A DNA stretch of 36,847 nucleotides, from positions 1 to 36,847 of the forward strand of contig JBECKX010000101.1 of assembly GCA_040235515.1 (NCBI GenBank), given 5' to 3'. The notes under the pieces were generated by a model, which was not told where the DNA came from, did not search any database, and was given only the letters and a program-made list of their open reading frames with translations. The translations under genes and the position numbers were made by a program. The stretch comes from Candidatus Zixiibacteriota bacterium (GTDB lineage: Bacteria > Zixibacteria > MSB-5A5 > CAIYYT01). Below, piece after piece: positions 36,685-36,847 of this stretch (positions are counted from its first letter, which is position 1; each line of letters opens with the position of its first letter).

Positions 36685-36847
36685 TTGACGAGAACAATAC
36701 TCTCAGCCAGGAGCTTAGAGAAAGATTTCAAGACTTCGGAGCAGGTGCTTCACGTGCTGAGGCAGCTTGACCTGGAAGTTGAGGATGGCGATTTCGTGGC
36801 GATCACCGGTGCATCGGGAGTCGGCAAGAGCACCCTTCTGCATATAC
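36685..36847 (+). CDS. lolD: Lipoprotein-releasing ABC ATP-binding protein, 5' part (runs off the window end)
   Basis: Not in the ORF track; manual translation from TTG 36685 gives MTRTILSARSLEKDFKTSEQVLHVLRQLDLEVEDGDFVAITGASGVGKSTLLHI (Walker A GASGVGKST). Confidence 0.9.
   Translation, partial: MTRTILSARSLEKDFKTSEQVLHVLRQLDLEVEDGDFVAITGASGVGKSTLLHI

Overview
A gene-dense chromosomal window from a diderm bacterium. The gene set (PEP-CTERM protein, secreted S74-chaperone fibre protein, gcvT-comB, PilM/DUF3822-like gene before rsmD-coaD, lysS-lolC/E-lolD) suggests an FCB-group lineage such as Zixibacteria; this is inference only. About 30 CDS: a beta-barrel OMP and an ABM-domain protein; an ECF sigma/anti-sigma/secreted-protein module; a fused E1 alpha-beta 2-oxoacid dehydrogenase; a minus-strand run gcvT-comB-TPR-BatA/VWA-ABC-F-flavoprotein; a lipoprotein; aconitase; a PEP-CTERM protein; an M16 peptidase pair; a secreted tail-fibre-like protein; a saccharopine/lysine dehydrogenase; a MacAB/YknXYZ-like ABC exporter; and rsmD-coaD-lysS-lolC/E-lolD (truncated). 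I saw no rRNA, tRNA, CRISPR array, transposase, integrase or phage cluster, and I cannot claim a clear new multi-gene system. The best leads are regulatory or degenerate-domain signals: three ECF-type promoters sharing AAC-N16-(C/A)GT, one an exact sigmaW consensus before the exporter; a Rex/CRP-type palindrome upstream of aconitase; an interlocked-pairing leader before gcvT; a zinc-less ZAS-like anti-sigma; a catalytically degenerate gluzincin-TPR protein; an orphan PilM-like gene; GTAG-REP-like hairpins; and degenerate 6-8 bp periodic repeats in short intergenic spacers.
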